The position numbers and the translations under genes are program-made. The notes beneath the pieces were generated by a model. It was not told where the DNA came from, did not search any database, and worked only from the letters and a program-made list of their open reading frames with translations. Positions 1 to 12,090 of a DNA stretch of 64,000 nt are shown one piece after another (the stretch's first letter is position 1; the number at the start of each line of letters is the position of its first letter). Where the stretch lies: the NCBI GenBank assembly GCA_030390025.1, contig CM059432.1:13952001-14016000 (forward strand), written 5' to 3'. Origin of the DNA: Squalus acanthias. Taxonomy: Eukaryota.

Positions 1-316
1 GGTTTTTAAGCAAGTGCAGGGACAGGGAAAGGGAGGAGGGGAGGGAAGAACAAAAGGGAAGGTCTGTGATAGGATGGAAGACAGGAGAGATTAAGGGACA
101 AAAGGGATGATGGTGCGAGGCAAAAGGAGATGGTAATGGGACAAGTTAAGAAACAAAAGATGGCTCTAGATGAAGTGTAAATGGCACTGGCAGAATGAAA
201 GTTCTGACAAAAGGTCATCGTCCTGAAATATTAACTTTGTTTCTCTCTCCACAGATGCTGCCTGACCTGCTGAGTATTTCCAGTTTTTCAGCATCCGCAG
301 TATTTTGCTTTTGTAT
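1..316. mobile_element. Penelope-like element (PLE) terminal fragment with a decayed hammerhead motif at 200-236
   Basis: 200-316 closely matches the reverse complement of 51514-51651; core reads CTGACAA...GAAATATT (mutated). Confidence 0.65.
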
Positions 317-941
317 GAGTATTTTTGTAGACCTTAGTTTAGATCCCAGGGCAACAGAGTAAACGATTATATTTCTTTAGCCCACTTAGACTCAGAATTA
401 TTTTTTTCTATTCACTTTTCTCCACCTCTCTGGAAGTTGTTGACTCTGTTCCTGGGTTATGATTCAGAGGAGATAGTTGCAGTCCGGCACCTCGCTATAG
501 TGGCTGTCATTCACGCGTGTGCCTTGGTTGGTTAAACCAACTGTGCAGGGGCATTATAACCAGGCCTGATTCCTGTCCTCAGCAATACATACTTAGGAGC
601 AAGTTTCACTGTATCGTGAGGAGCAGCAGTACAGACCAAATTTCCCATCTCTAATCCAATTGTAGCACCCTTACTTAACCTGGCACAGACCAGCGAACGA
701 GCTTAAGACCTTCCTGCTAATTCCTTTTCGTAGGTGCATCATTTTTACTGAGGAGAGAACACAGGCATTCTGCTTGTTTGTTCACAAACTTATCATAGGA
801 TCAACCAGCACTCAAGGAGCCCCCGACAGAGTGCGAGTTTGGCCTGTGATTTCCCCACATGGCAAGTTATCACTCTTAGCTGTGTTGTCACACCGAGGTG
901 CCATGTGTTCTCAGCACTAGAGAGGGAATATTGGAGAGCTA

Positions 942-1311
942 TTTTTTTTTTCGTTCATGGGATGTGGATATCACTGGCAAGGCCAGCATTTATTGCCCAT
1001 TCCTAGTTGCGCTTGAGAAGCTGGTGGTGAGCCACCTTCTTGGACCACTGCAGTCAAGGAACCCCCACAGTAGCAGTTTGGTACAACTAATAGTTAAGAG
1101 TCTGGAGGCAGATTTCCTTCCCTAAAGGACATTAGTGAACCAGATAGGTTTTTAATGGTCATCATTACTGATACTAGCTTTTTATTGCAGATTTTTTATT
1201 TAATTAGCTGAATTTAAATTCCCCAGCTGCCGTGGTGGGATTTGAACTCATGATCATTAGTCCAGGCCTCTGGATTACTAGGCCAATAACATAGCCACTA
1301 TGCTACCATAC
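942..1311 (-). mobile_element. tRNA-headed shark SINE with LINE-derived tail (internally deleted copy)
   Basis: Same family as 39091-39542, 56681-57181 and 62378-62859 (B-box-like gttcaaatcccacca; tail gggcaataaatgctggcc). Confidence 0.7.
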
Positions 1312-1646
1312 CTAATGTCTTGAATGACATTCCATTGCCTCCTAGTTTTGAAGCAGCAGTAGCAAAGGCTAAGAGCAATTCAGTGTCTGCCTGTATTACT
1401 GAAATTACTGGAAGGAAAGTCCTGCGGATCTATAAAGGGCGTGTGATCCTCCCTGTCAGATTTTCCTTCTGTGCTTTGCCCAGGCGATGCTTAATGCCCA
1501 GGGGGTAAGGATGAAATTCTACTCTATTGTAGGAATGGGCTTGATAGATAAAATGGCATTTTCTCATTCTGTGCTTTATTATGTGGCGGCTAAATGCTAT
1601 GTTCTGAAAGACGTTATTGTTCCAATTCTTTGTGGTTTTCTCATAG

Positions 1647-1784
1647 TTATTCTGGAACTCCGAGACTGATGTGCGCTGGGATGTACTAATGAAGGATGCC
1701 AGTGAGCAGTGTGAGCCAGAATGGGTTGATGCTGAACATCCACTCTTCATCCTCTACACAAGTGGGTCTACTGGGAAACCCAAG
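1647..1784 (+). CDS. ACSS2: Acetyl-CoA synthetase 2 family coding exon (first in window), LFWNSETDVRW...PLFILYTSGSTGKPK
   Basis: Acceptor ...ttttctcatag|, 138 nt (46 codons), contains the AMP-binding P-loop YTSGSTGKPK; donor is non-canonical AAG|gcaagt; phase 0 into the next exon (GVLHT). Confidence 0.93.
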
Positions 1785-2344
1785 GCAAGTCTTCCGTCTG
1801 CAAGCGATTTTCACCATTGTAGACGACAGGATGCCAATCAAAAATATCTCTCTCTCTCACATTGTCACTGTGCTGAAATCAAGACTGATTATACCGTCTC
1901 CTAGTCTAACCCATTCTTTCTCACAACCTCGCAACTGTAGATCTCTTTACCTCCCTCAGTCTTTTCTTCCTCCTACGAGCTTTTAATACCCAACCTTAAG
2001 TCACCTTATCATTACTTCTCGATTTACCTCCCCTTCTCTGCTGCTCTTTCTAACCTTGGTGGCGCCTCTGCACTGCCCTCCTTAGACCGTCACCGACATT
2101 TGTCAGCAAAAAAAAAGTAAAGCATTTAAGTGCAATTTAATATGTTTTATAAATAAATGTGCTAAGCGATTTATACATTTGCAATTCCTTATTTTCTCTA
2201 CCTCAATGACAGTAAGTACCTTATTCAGATCAACCTAACATTTAAGCCGCTGTTTGAGAATTGCAAGGACGCCGTGTTGTTGCAGTCTGCAGCTCGTCGC
2301 TCTCAGGCCCAAGCTCCTAGAGGCTGCCAACCACATACGCACAG

Positions 2345-3315
2345 TAGGGTGGGGGTTGTGGGTTGGGGCGGAGCGGTGTGTGGGCGAGTGGGCTGGGTGT
2401 GTGGGGATGGGCTGGGTGTGTGGGGATGGGGGAGTAGGCTGGGGGGGATGGGGGGCTGTGGGGGGAGTAGGGTGGGGGGGGCTGTGGGGGAGTAGGCTGG
2501 GGGGGTGGGGGATGGGCTGGGGGTGTTGGGAGGGTTGGGGGAGTAGGCTGGGGGGTGGGGGGCATGTGGGGGGATGGGAGGGTTGGGGGAGTAGGGTGGG
2601 GGGTGGGCTGGGGGGTGGGGTTGGGGGAGCAGGCTGGGGGTGGGCTGGGGGTGGGCTGGGGGGTGGGGTTGGGGGATTGGGGGATGGGAGGGTTGGGGGA
2701 GTAGGCTGGGCGGGTGGGGACGTGTGGGGGGATGGGCTGGGGGTTGGGGATGGGGTGGTTGGGGTCGTGTGGGGGTGGGGTTGGGTGATGGGGGGTTGGG
2801 GGAGTGGGCTGGGGGGTGGGGTTGGGGATGGGGGGGTTGGGGTCGTGTGGGGGTGGTGTTGGGGGATGGGGGGTTGGGGTTGGGTGATGGGGGGTTGGGG
2901 GAGTGGGCTGGGGGCTGGAGTTGGGTGATGGGGGGGTTGGGGTTGGGGATGGGGGGGTTGGGGTCGTGTGGGGGTGGGGTTGGGTGATGGGGATGGGCTG
3001 GGGGTTGGGGTTGGGGATGGGGGGGTTGGGGGAGTGGGCTGGGGGCGTGTGGGGGGATGGGCTGGGGGTTGGGGATGGGGGGATGGGCTGGGGGTTGGGG
3101 TTGGAGGATGGGGGGGTTGGGGGAGTGGGCTGGGGGCATGTGGGGGGATGGGCTGGGGGCTGGAGTTGGGGGAGTGGGCTGGGGGCGTGTGGGGGGATGG
3201 GCTGGGGGTTGGGGTTGGGGATGGGGGGTTGGGGGAGTGGGCTGGGTTCGTGTGGGGGGATGGGCTGGGGGGTGGGGTTGGGGGATGGGGGTTTGGGGTT
3301 GGGGCATGGTGGGCT
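2345..3315 (+). repeat. ~1-kb G-rich low-complexity minisatellite (dense G3-G7 runs, G-quadruplex-prone)
   Basis: Recurrent motifs gggatgggctggggg, ggggttgggg, gggggagtgggct, cgtgtggggg. Confidence 0.9.
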
Positions 3316-3520
3316 GCTCTGGTGTACCTACTGTCATTTTGTCAGTGGTTGCATCAGTTCCTGTAGCTGTTGAGTGATAGTCTCCAGAATGACGAGCGAC
3401 TGACTGCACTTGGAGCCAGTGATAATCCACAGCTGGTCACAGGGCTAGAACACGACCATTACTCAACATGTCGCCACAAAGCGAACCCTACTGACAATGA
3501 CTTTTTTGCTTTTATTCTAG

Positions 3521-3691
3521 GGCGTGCTGCACACTGTTGCGGGCTACCTAATGTACACAGCAATTAGCTTTAAATACGTTTTTGACTACCATGCTGATGA
3601 TGTGTACTGGTGCACGGCTGATATTGGATGGATTACTGGACACTCATACGTTGCCTATGGGCCACTGGCAAACGGTGCGACAAGTGTTCTA
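3521..3691 (+). CDS. ACSS2: ACSS2-family coding exon, [12 protein letters not shown]...[14 protein letters not shown]...GATSVL
   Basis: ttttattctag| acceptor, CTA|gtgagt donor, 171 nt; [11 protein letters not shown] motif of acetyl-CoA synthetases. Confidence 0.95.
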
Positions 3692-4807
3692 GTGAGTAGA
3701 AAAAAAATGAGAAGTCGCACAACACCAGTGAGTAGAGGCAGTATTCTGTGCATCTATCGGAGTAGGGAAGATGTTCTAAACAGGTTTAGTTAATATATAG
3801 AAGGTAAAAGCCCCCGTCTTGTTGAGGTACTTTATTCCCAATGCGGGTCTCGCTGGGCACGGCACCATCCCTGCCTGAGGGATAATCTACTCCCGGGCCG
3901 CTAGTCGATGTCATGCTCACATTATTATTTCATTCATTTTGGGTCATAAACAGCGCTAAAGATCTCAGGGTTCAGAACTGAAGAGTTAGAATCATGGAAT
4001 CATAGAATCATACCGCACAGGAGGAGGCCATTCGGCCCATCGTGCCTGGGCCGGCTCCCTGAGCGAGCTACCAATTAGTCCCACTCCCCCTGCTCTTTCC
4101 CCACAGCCCTGCAAATTTATAGAATCATTACAGCACTGTTGACATCCCATATACTAGAATTGTGAGATAGTTCTCTTTGGCTTCAGCTTACACCAAGCGA
4201 GTGTAACTGATTTTACACAACTTTTTAAACATGGATTTGTCAGAATAGAGAAGAAAGAAAGACTTGAATTTATATAGCGCCTTTCACGACCACCGGATGT
4301 CCCAAAGCACTTTACAGCCAATGAAGTACTACGCTGTAAGGGGCATGAGAGGAGGCCTGGGACAGACTAACAGGAGCATAACAGTACATTGGTGCTATCT
4401 TTACCCAGTGCCACACCTGGCTGATTCAGAATTTATAGTCTGAGATATTTAAGGGGGGGCTTGGCAGTGTCTCATGGGTGCAAAGCGGGGGAGCCTGGGG
4501 CAGCAGAGGCCCAGACTTTGCATTTGGTGTTCGGAGGAGTTCCCCTGCTGTTCCTGGCCCCACAAAGGTTTAAAGGCAGCCCCCTCAGTCATCAATTAAA
4601 ATGCCTTTGGGGTCCTAATGACATCATGGGACCCTGATTTGCATAATCAGGCAGGCGCATCGGCCGCCTAAACAAAGGGTCCAATTAAAGTGGCGGCAGG
4701 CGGGAATGGAGCGGGGCGGTAAGATTTTGGAGGTGATTATAACTGTGGGCCTGTTGGGCGGGGTGGGTTAAATAGCCTCCTTGGGCTCTGGTGATTATTG
4801 CACAGTT

Positions 4808-5260
4808 CATAGAATCAAATGTTACAGCACAGAAGGAGGCCATTTGGCCCATCACGCCGATGGTAGAGCTATCCAATTAGTCCACTTCCCGGCTCTTGCC
4901 CCATAGCCCTGTAAATTTTTCCCCTTCAAGTATTTATCTAATTCTCTTTTGAATGTTATTATTGAATGTGCTTCCACCACCCTTTCAGGCAATGGATTCC
5001 AGATCACAACAACTCGTCGTGTTAAAAAATGTTTCCTCATGTCGCCTCATCTTAAATCTGTGTCCTCTGGTTACCAACCCTCCTACCACTGGAAACAGTT
5101 TCTCCTTATTTACTCCATCAAAACCCTTCGTGATTTTGAACACATCTACAAGATTATGACGGGTTTGGATAGGCTAGATGGGGAAAGGCTGTACCCACTA
5201 GTTGATGGTACAGGGACTAGGGGACACAGATTTAAGGTTTTGGGCAAGAGATACAGGGGA
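4808..5260. mobile_element. Two CR1 3' fragments joined in opposite orientation
   Basis: 4808-5147 minus (catagaat tail, RVV.IWN.LPERVVEA); 5146-5260 plus (YKIMTGLDRLD...TRGHRFK). Confidence 0.75.
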
Positions 5261-7182
5261 GGGGGTGGAATATATAAGGTTGGTGTGCATTACCAGTCAC
5301 CAAACAGTGGAGATAAGATTGATGTGGAGAGGAGATAGAGCTGGAATTCTGCAGAGTTCAGAGAGATAAGTAAGAGCAACGAGACAATAATATTACATGG
5401 TTTTAACTATTCCAAGATAGACTGGAGTAAATGTCATCTTTATGCTCAAAGTGGGGAACATGTTTTAGAATGCACGGGGCTGCTTCTTAGATCAGTATGT
5501 TTCTCTTCTAACAAGAAAAGAAGCATTGCTTGATTCACTTCTGGGAAATGAGGTGGGGCAAATAACTGGTGAGAGTAGGAGAACAATTAGGGAATAGTGA
5601 CCCCATCATTGCTAGCTTCAATGTAAAAATAGAAAAAGGATAACGAAGAATCAAAGAGAAGGTTGCTGGATTGTAAAAAGGCAAAGTTCAGCAAGGTAAG
5701 ATTGGATCTGGCCCAAATGAACTGGGCAGAAAAGCTAGAACATCAGAAACAGGAGCAGGAGTCGGCCATTCGGCCCCTCGAGCCTGCCCCGCCATTCCAT
5801 AAGATCATGGCTGATCTGATCTTGGCCTGAACGCCACTTTCCCGCCTGCTCCCCATAACCCTTGACTCCCCTGTAGCTCAAATATGTGCATAAGAAATAG
5901 GAAAAAGTTAACAAATGGGTCAACAGATTAACAGTGGGAGATCTTCAAATATCGGGTGGGTAGTGTACAGAATAAGTATATTCCTATAAGATGAAAAGAG
6001 CGTCATTGTGGAATAGTTCCATGGATAAAGAGAGATTAAAGCTTCTCTGTTCTATTGTGGCCATCAGCCATCCCTCCTGACATGAGGTACTAATGAAAAT
6101 GGAAGCATGGAGGATGTTATAAAAAAGATTGATAGGTCTCTATTTGACTCAGCGTAAACAAGCGGGAAAGATAAAATTAACGATACATTTGTGACTTCGC
6201 GCCATGCTGCCCGCCCAAAGCCAACGTCGGGAGTCTTGGAACCACTTGCGGTTTGGGCCTTATTTAAATGGCGACAGCTAGAAGCCAGCACCGAGCCAGC
6301 GCCCTGCGGTAGCGCGGCGACTGTGGCAGCACGGGAAATCGGCTGGCTCCCAAGGCTGAGCCGGCTGCTGGGTCTGGCCGGGAAGGCGATCGATCCCAGG
6401 GCTGGCAGTTTTTTGTGGGCCTGGAGGTAGCACTGTGCTCCTACTGACCCCACCAAAATTTTTTTAAAAATGAAACATTTCTTTGGCTGTTTTCTGAGTG
6501 CCCCTCCGGCAGTCCATAAAGAGACGCGCAATGCCTGGTGAAAATGGCCAGAGCGTGCGCGGCCTATTTATAGGCCCGCCTGAAAAGTGCGTCCAGTGGG
6601 CCTTGGGCGTCAGTGGGGCAGCTGAGGTGCCCTCCCTGCCCCGTCCCTGATTTTCAACTACCGGCTGCCTGTGAGAAACGGCGGTGGAAAATGGCCCCCA
6701 TAACTCAGAATTACTATTGGGCAGGTCGGGCACAGCAGTCCCAACGAGTGTTTGTATCCTCTACTTTATTTCTATGTTCTCCAAATATATCCTGGCAAAT
6801 TTAAGTAATAGAAGCAGATTCGCACATTTCTACTTTTTAAAAAAATCATACAAAAAGAAACAGCGGAACATAGCCAAATAAAAGAGTCAGCAACAGTAAT
6901 ATTTATTTTTTCTTTTCCTTGGATCTCCCTATGCCAGGCCTAATTTTTTTGAGCGAGAAGGCAGGCAGACAACCTGCTCCCAGTGCTCTGCAAATGGTCT
7001 TCTATACGAGAAGATCCCCTGGTAGGGGGAGGAGGTGACTCACCCTTCAGTATTCCCTCCCAATCTGCGGGAGTAGTCTGACTGTGGCTACTTGGCACGT
7101 CGCTTCACGGCCCGGCTGAAATTCTCAATGCCCAAAATCGCAGGATCCACCTCTCCCCACCCCCCCCCCCCCCCCCGCCTAG

Positions 7183-7518
7183 TTTTTTTTTTCGTTTATG
7201 GGACATGGGCGTTGCTGGCAAGGCCAGCATTTATTGCCCATCCCTAGTTGCCCTTGAGAAGGTGGTGGTGAGCCGCCTTGTTGAACCGCTGCAGTCCGTG
7301 TGGTGAAGGTACTCCCACAGTGCTGTTAGGGAGGGTGTTCCAGGATTTTGACCCAGTGACGATGAAGGATCGGCCGATATATTTCCAAGTCAGGATGGTG
7401 TGTGACTTGGAGGGGAACTTGGAGGTGGTGGTGTTCCCATGCGCCTGCTGCCCTTGACCTTCTAGGTGGAAGAGGTCGCGGGTTTGGGAGGTGCTGCCGG
7501 AGAAGTCTTGGCGAGTTG
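7183..7518 (-). mobile_element. 3' end of a CR1/L2-superfamily LINE (second family)
   Basis: Near-identical to 47053-47385. Confidence 0.75.
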
Positions 7519-7670
7519 ATTTGTGATTGGGTTGAGAGGATTAACGCCAGAAGCCTAGCAACAAAACCTCAGGACAGTGTTGCCAGATTTGAGAAAGAAA
7601 AAAAAAATATGCACATGAATAGGATGATTTTCCAACAAATACGTTCTCAGTAAATTTCTCTCTGTTTTAG

Positions 7671-7804
7671 TTTGAAGGTCTGCTGCTGTATCCACACGTG
7701 GGGAGGTTGTACGAAATGATTGAAAAGTATAAAGTGACCAAGCTTTACACAGCGCCCACGGTCATTAGAATGCTGATGAAGTTTGGAGAGGAACCCGTGA
7801 GAAA
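7671..7804 (+). CDS. ACSS2: ACSS2-family coding exon, FEGLLLYPHVGRLYEMIEKYKVTKLYTAPTVIRMLMKFGEEPVR(K)
   Basis: ctgttttag| acceptor, AA|gtaagg donor, 134 nt; matches the ACS FEG..YP..R.....KYKVT..YTAPT.IR.LMKFG segment; not in the ORF track, translated manually. Confidence 0.93.
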
Positions 7805-8493
7805 GTAAGGAACTTAGGAATGGGATATCCATTTGTATGTATAATACATAGAGCGGGGGAATGGGACTGACTGGATTGCTCTACAGAGAGCCGGCACGGA
7901 CTCGATGGGTCGAATGGCCTCCTTCTGAGTCGTTATGACTCTGACATTCATAGCACGAACAGTAAAACACAGTGTCCATGGGTTAGAAATGCCATTGAAC
8001 TAAGGTATGCCAAGGACCCATATCCTTAGCTACCGCAATTTTACAGTGTTCTGGAGCACCTTGTGGAATGATCCATCGAAGCAAAGTGCGCCTGTATTCT
8101 CTCCTTACTGCAAATCTTATGTGAATGTGAATCTTATCTTTCCAGTTCAACACTGGCTGAATGACTTGCTGTGCATTCCTGCAATTCTGTTTTTCATGCC
8201 CAATGCTTTCTTTCCTCTCTATTGCAAGTATTTCAAAAAACCCAAATTGCCGATGAAAGGTCACCTAAAACGTAAACCTGTCTTTTCTCTTTCAGGTGCA
8301 GATGGACCTCCTGCACCTGACCAGCGTTTTCATATTTTCATTTCAGTTTCCAGCAGAAAGGGTTTTTTTTTTCTTCTTCTTCTTAATCCAAATTTCTGCT
8401 ACATTGGAACTTATCGTTTTGGGTATTTTACGTGATTTAAAAATCCTCCTTTCCCTTCGTAAGGTGTTCTTTTTCACTTTTTGACTGCATCAG

Positions 8494-8626
8494 GTTCAAT
8501 CTCAAGTCTTTGAGGATCCTGGGCTGTGCTGGAGAACCCATTAACCCTGAGGCTTGGACATGGTATTATAACGTCATCGGTAATGGGCAGTGTCCCATTG
8601 TGGATACCTTTTGGCAGACTGAAACG
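8494..8626 (+). CDS. ACSS2: ACSS2-family coding exon, (K)[44 protein letters not shown]
   Basis: gcatcag| acceptor, ACG|gtaaac donor, 133 nt, phase matches the previous exon; GEPINPEAW and DTFWQTET motifs. Confidence 0.95.
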
Positions 8627-9200
8627 GTAAACATTCCTGTTATAGAGGGATCCTCGCGGTTTTTGTTTAAGAGGGACAGACCCCAAGACAGTGGCATGAC
8701 ATTTTCATCCCAGCGATGTGACATACAAGCAAGGCAGTGATATTTCTTTTAACATGATTGCATCCTCAGAATTTGAAACTATTGTGGATTTGGAGACTTA
8801 GTGGGCTGGATTTCCCACCCATTGATGATGAATTAATGGGGTATATGGATCCCATCAGGTTTCTGGTGCATCACCTATGTTTAAGGCTTTCCATAGGGGT
8901 GATGATGTCCATTCTGAGGATCCCACAGTACAGTACAAGAAATAGAAAGATTGGATACTGTTCATTGTCTGAATATTACCTCCCAAAAGTCTTAGTTGGT
9001 AAAAGCACTTAGTGTGGCACTGAGTTAAGAAGATGAAGAAGATCCAAGTTTGATTCCTTATCTATGCTGAGTTAGCTGGTGTATGTTTGGGTTCCCTAGC
9101 CTTGGCACCTTGGGATGGAAATGGGAAATCACTCAGAATTCCAGGGTTCCAGGCTTGCTATCAATGACCGCTGCTGTAAAGTGAGCATGGATATTGTAAT

Positions 9201-10556
9201 CATAGAATCATAGAATGGTTACAGCACTGAAGGAGGCCATTTGGCCCGTCGAGCCCGTGCCGGCTCTCTGCAAGAACACTTCAGCTAGTCCCATTCCCCT
9301 GCCCTTTCCCCGTAGCCCTGCAATTAATTTTCCTTCAGGTACTTATCCAATTCCCTTTTGAAAGCCACGATTGAATCTGCCTCTACCACCCTTTCAGGCA
9401 GTGCATTCCAGATCCTAACCACTCGCTGCGTAAAAATGTTTTTCCTCATGTCGCCTTTGGATCTTCTGCCAATCACCTTAAATCTGTGTCCTCTGGTTCT
9501 CGACCCTTCCGCCAATGGGAACAGTTTCTCTCTATCTACTCTGTCTAGACCCCTTATGATTTTGAACACCTCTATCAAATCTCCTCTCAACCTTCTCTGC
9601 TCTAAGGACAACAATCCCAGCTTCTCCAGTCTGTCCAGGTAACTGAAGTCCCTCATCCCTGGAACCATTATTGTAAATCTTTTCTGCACCCTCTCCAAGG
9701 TCTTCACATCCCTCCTAAAGTGCGGTGCCCAGAATTGGACACAATATTCCAGTTGAGGCCGAACCAGTGTTTTATAAAGGTTCATCATAACTTCCTTGCT
9801 TTTGTACTCTATGCCTCTATTTATGAAGCCCAGAATTCCGTAAGCTTTTTTAACCGCTTTCTCAACCTGCCCTGCCACCTTCAAAGATTTGTGCACATAT
9901 ACCCCCAGGTCTCTCTGTTCATGCACCCCCTTTAGGATTGTACCCTTTAATTTATATTGCCTCTCCTCATTCTTCTACCAAAATGTATCACCGCACTTTT
10001 TTGCGTTAAATTTCATCTGCCACGTGTCCACCCATTCCACCAGCCTGTCTATGTCCTCTTGAAGTCTAACACTATCCTCCTCACTTTTCACTATACTTCC
10101 AAGTTTTGTGTCATCTGCAAATTTTGAAATTGTGCCCTGTACACCCAAGTCTAAGTTATTAATATATATCAAGAAAAGCAGTGGTCCTAGAACCGACCCC
10201 TGGGGAACACCACTGTGTACCTTCCTCCAGTTCAATAAACAACCGTTCACCACTACTCTCTGTTTCCTGTCACTTAGCCAATTTCGTATCCATGCTGCCA
10301 CTGCCGCCTTTTATTTCATGGGCTTCAACTTTGCTGGCAAACCTACTATGTGGCACTTTATCAAACACCTTTTGGAAGTCCATGTACACCTCATCAACCC
10401 TCTCTGTTACCTCATCAAAAAACTCAATCAAGTTCGTTAAACACGATTTGCCTTTAACAGATCCGTGCTGGCTTTCCTTAATTAATCCACACTTGTCCAA
10501 GTGACTGTTAATTTTGTCCCGGGTTATCGTTTCTAAAAGTTTCCCACTACCGAGGT
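9201..10556 (-). mobile_element. CR1 LINE, 5'-truncated (RT C-terminal half plus 3' tail), inserted in the Gypsy 3' LTR
   Basis: ORFs 9324-9926, 9975-10301, 10270-10578 (GVPQGSVLGP, KFADDTK, LVRPQLEYCVQFW); catagaat tail. Confidence 0.92.
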
Positions 10557-10692
10557 TATATATATGTGGGTAGAACAAATGAAGGACAGAGACACGATGA
10601 GTTGCTGGTCCATGTACTTGATTTATTAGGCCAGAGCGAACTGAGCATGCTCATACTAAATCATGTGACAAACCATGTGATAAGACATTACG
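10557..10692 (-). repeat. Gypsy 3' LTR (main part; its terminal 6 bp lie at 9195-9200)
   Basis: Direct repeat of 15711-15847 with about 10 mismatches in ~132 nt; adjacent polypurine tract agggggaaagtag (minus strand, 10693-10705). Confidence 0.88.
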
Positions 10693-11347
10693 CTACTTTC
10701 CCCCTAAAAAAAATGTACGTAGTCCCCTCTCAAATACAACAGAACTATGGTCCCACCGTTCCCAGCATTACAGGTACCACATAACAAAATCTTGTGGCTT
10801 TTTTTCTTTTAAATGAACTACAAATCCAGTTTAATAACAGGTTTGCGGAGCCTTCCTGGTCTCCTTACAGAAGGTTTTGATGTTGAACCAATTTTCGGGC
10901 TGTGTTGTTTTGGTTCCGAACTCAAAGATGGTGCTGTTTCTATCTCCGACTTGTTTGACCCTGGTACTTCAGTTACTGAAGTCTGAACTGAGTCAAACTC
11001 ATGTATGTGTTCATGATCAAGCGGTTCAAGATCACGTCTTGGTTCATCTCTAGCAGAGATCCTTTGATCTACATGAACACTTCGGATTTTGTCACCAATT
11101 TCAACCAAATATCTCTTGGTTCCACCAACCTCTACTATGGTTCCTATCTCCCACTTGTGTGAACTCGACTTTCCAGCGGGACTGAGAACACAAACACACT
11201 CATTTTGTTTGAAACTGCATTTTTTCTGATTGTTTCTGACTCAACTGTTTCTGTTCAACTCTTGAGGCCGAATTTGGTTGAAGAAGACTCAATCGTGTTC
11301 CCAATCTCCTCTTCGTCAAGAGTTCTGCTGGGGTATATCCAGTTGTA

Positions 11348-12090
11348 GGGCTGAATTTTGCCAGTGCTCAGGCTGCGGGTTTGGAGGCGGCTCCGCTGTC
11401 AAAATCACAAAGATTGACAGCGGGTCGGTATCCCGCTGTAAACCCGCTTTTTTGTCAGTTTCCCAAGTGTTGTGCCTGTCATCCCTGAACAGACCCGACA
11501 CCAAGCGACAGGTGAGCCAATTTAGATAGTTGAAAGCTTATTAAAAGGTAGTTAAGAACCATTTCCCCACGTACTTACCATTTTACCAGGTTTTCAACGA
11601 GGTTCCTGGAGAGCGGCTATCACGTCAGGTAAGTATGTCGGGTTCTCAATGACTGTGGATTGCTGTGAATAGGTGAAAGCTGCAAAAGTGGTATAAAACC
11701 TACCATTTCACAGCTGTTCACTTCCCAATCTTAGAAGCTGGAGCATTAATGATTTGGAACCCACTTTTGACCTTTTTGCACTTTTGAAGTGTTTGGCGTA
11801 ATCTCTCTATCCAGTGTCACCTCCTTGGAACAACCTATCTCAACATTGACAGATCGCTTCTGTCATCTCAACCTCACCTGCCATCTATTCCATCAGCATC
11901 GGTTCCCTTGAAAAAATCTCACCTTGGTCCTCAGAATCCCACCACGATCAGCCCCAACACCAGCATCACCAGGCACACCAGCAGCACCAACATCCACACC
12001 AACCTTCTCCGCAATCAACAGATGCTGCACTGGACACAGGGCACGGACGTCGCCCGCCACAGACCCACCGAGGTTGGAAAAATCCAGCCC
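11348..12090. mobile_element. PIF/Harbinger-derived non-autonomous element inserted in the Gypsy integrase region
   Basis: TIRs gggctgaatttt / aaaatccagccc; 11845-12045 matches 53777-53985 of the Harbinger derivative; flanks rejoin as integrase LANFLLKYGTT..TTGYTPAELL. Confidence 0.75.

Noticed and set aside
180..200. aatggcactggcagaat resembles miR-183/miR-263
   Set aside because: Lies within a PLE fragment and has no complementary arm.
734..900. Possible preceding ACSS2 exon after ttttcgtag (CIIFTEERTQ...STSTQGAPDR)
   Set aside because: Similarity to the expected upstream exon is not convincing and I found no well-supported donor; the true exon is probably upstream of the window.
2254..3430. 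Long Gly/Trp-rich and Pro/His-rich ORFs (up to 375 aa) on both strands
   Set aside because: Artifacts of the G-rich tract, which lacks stop codons; open in many frames and intronic.
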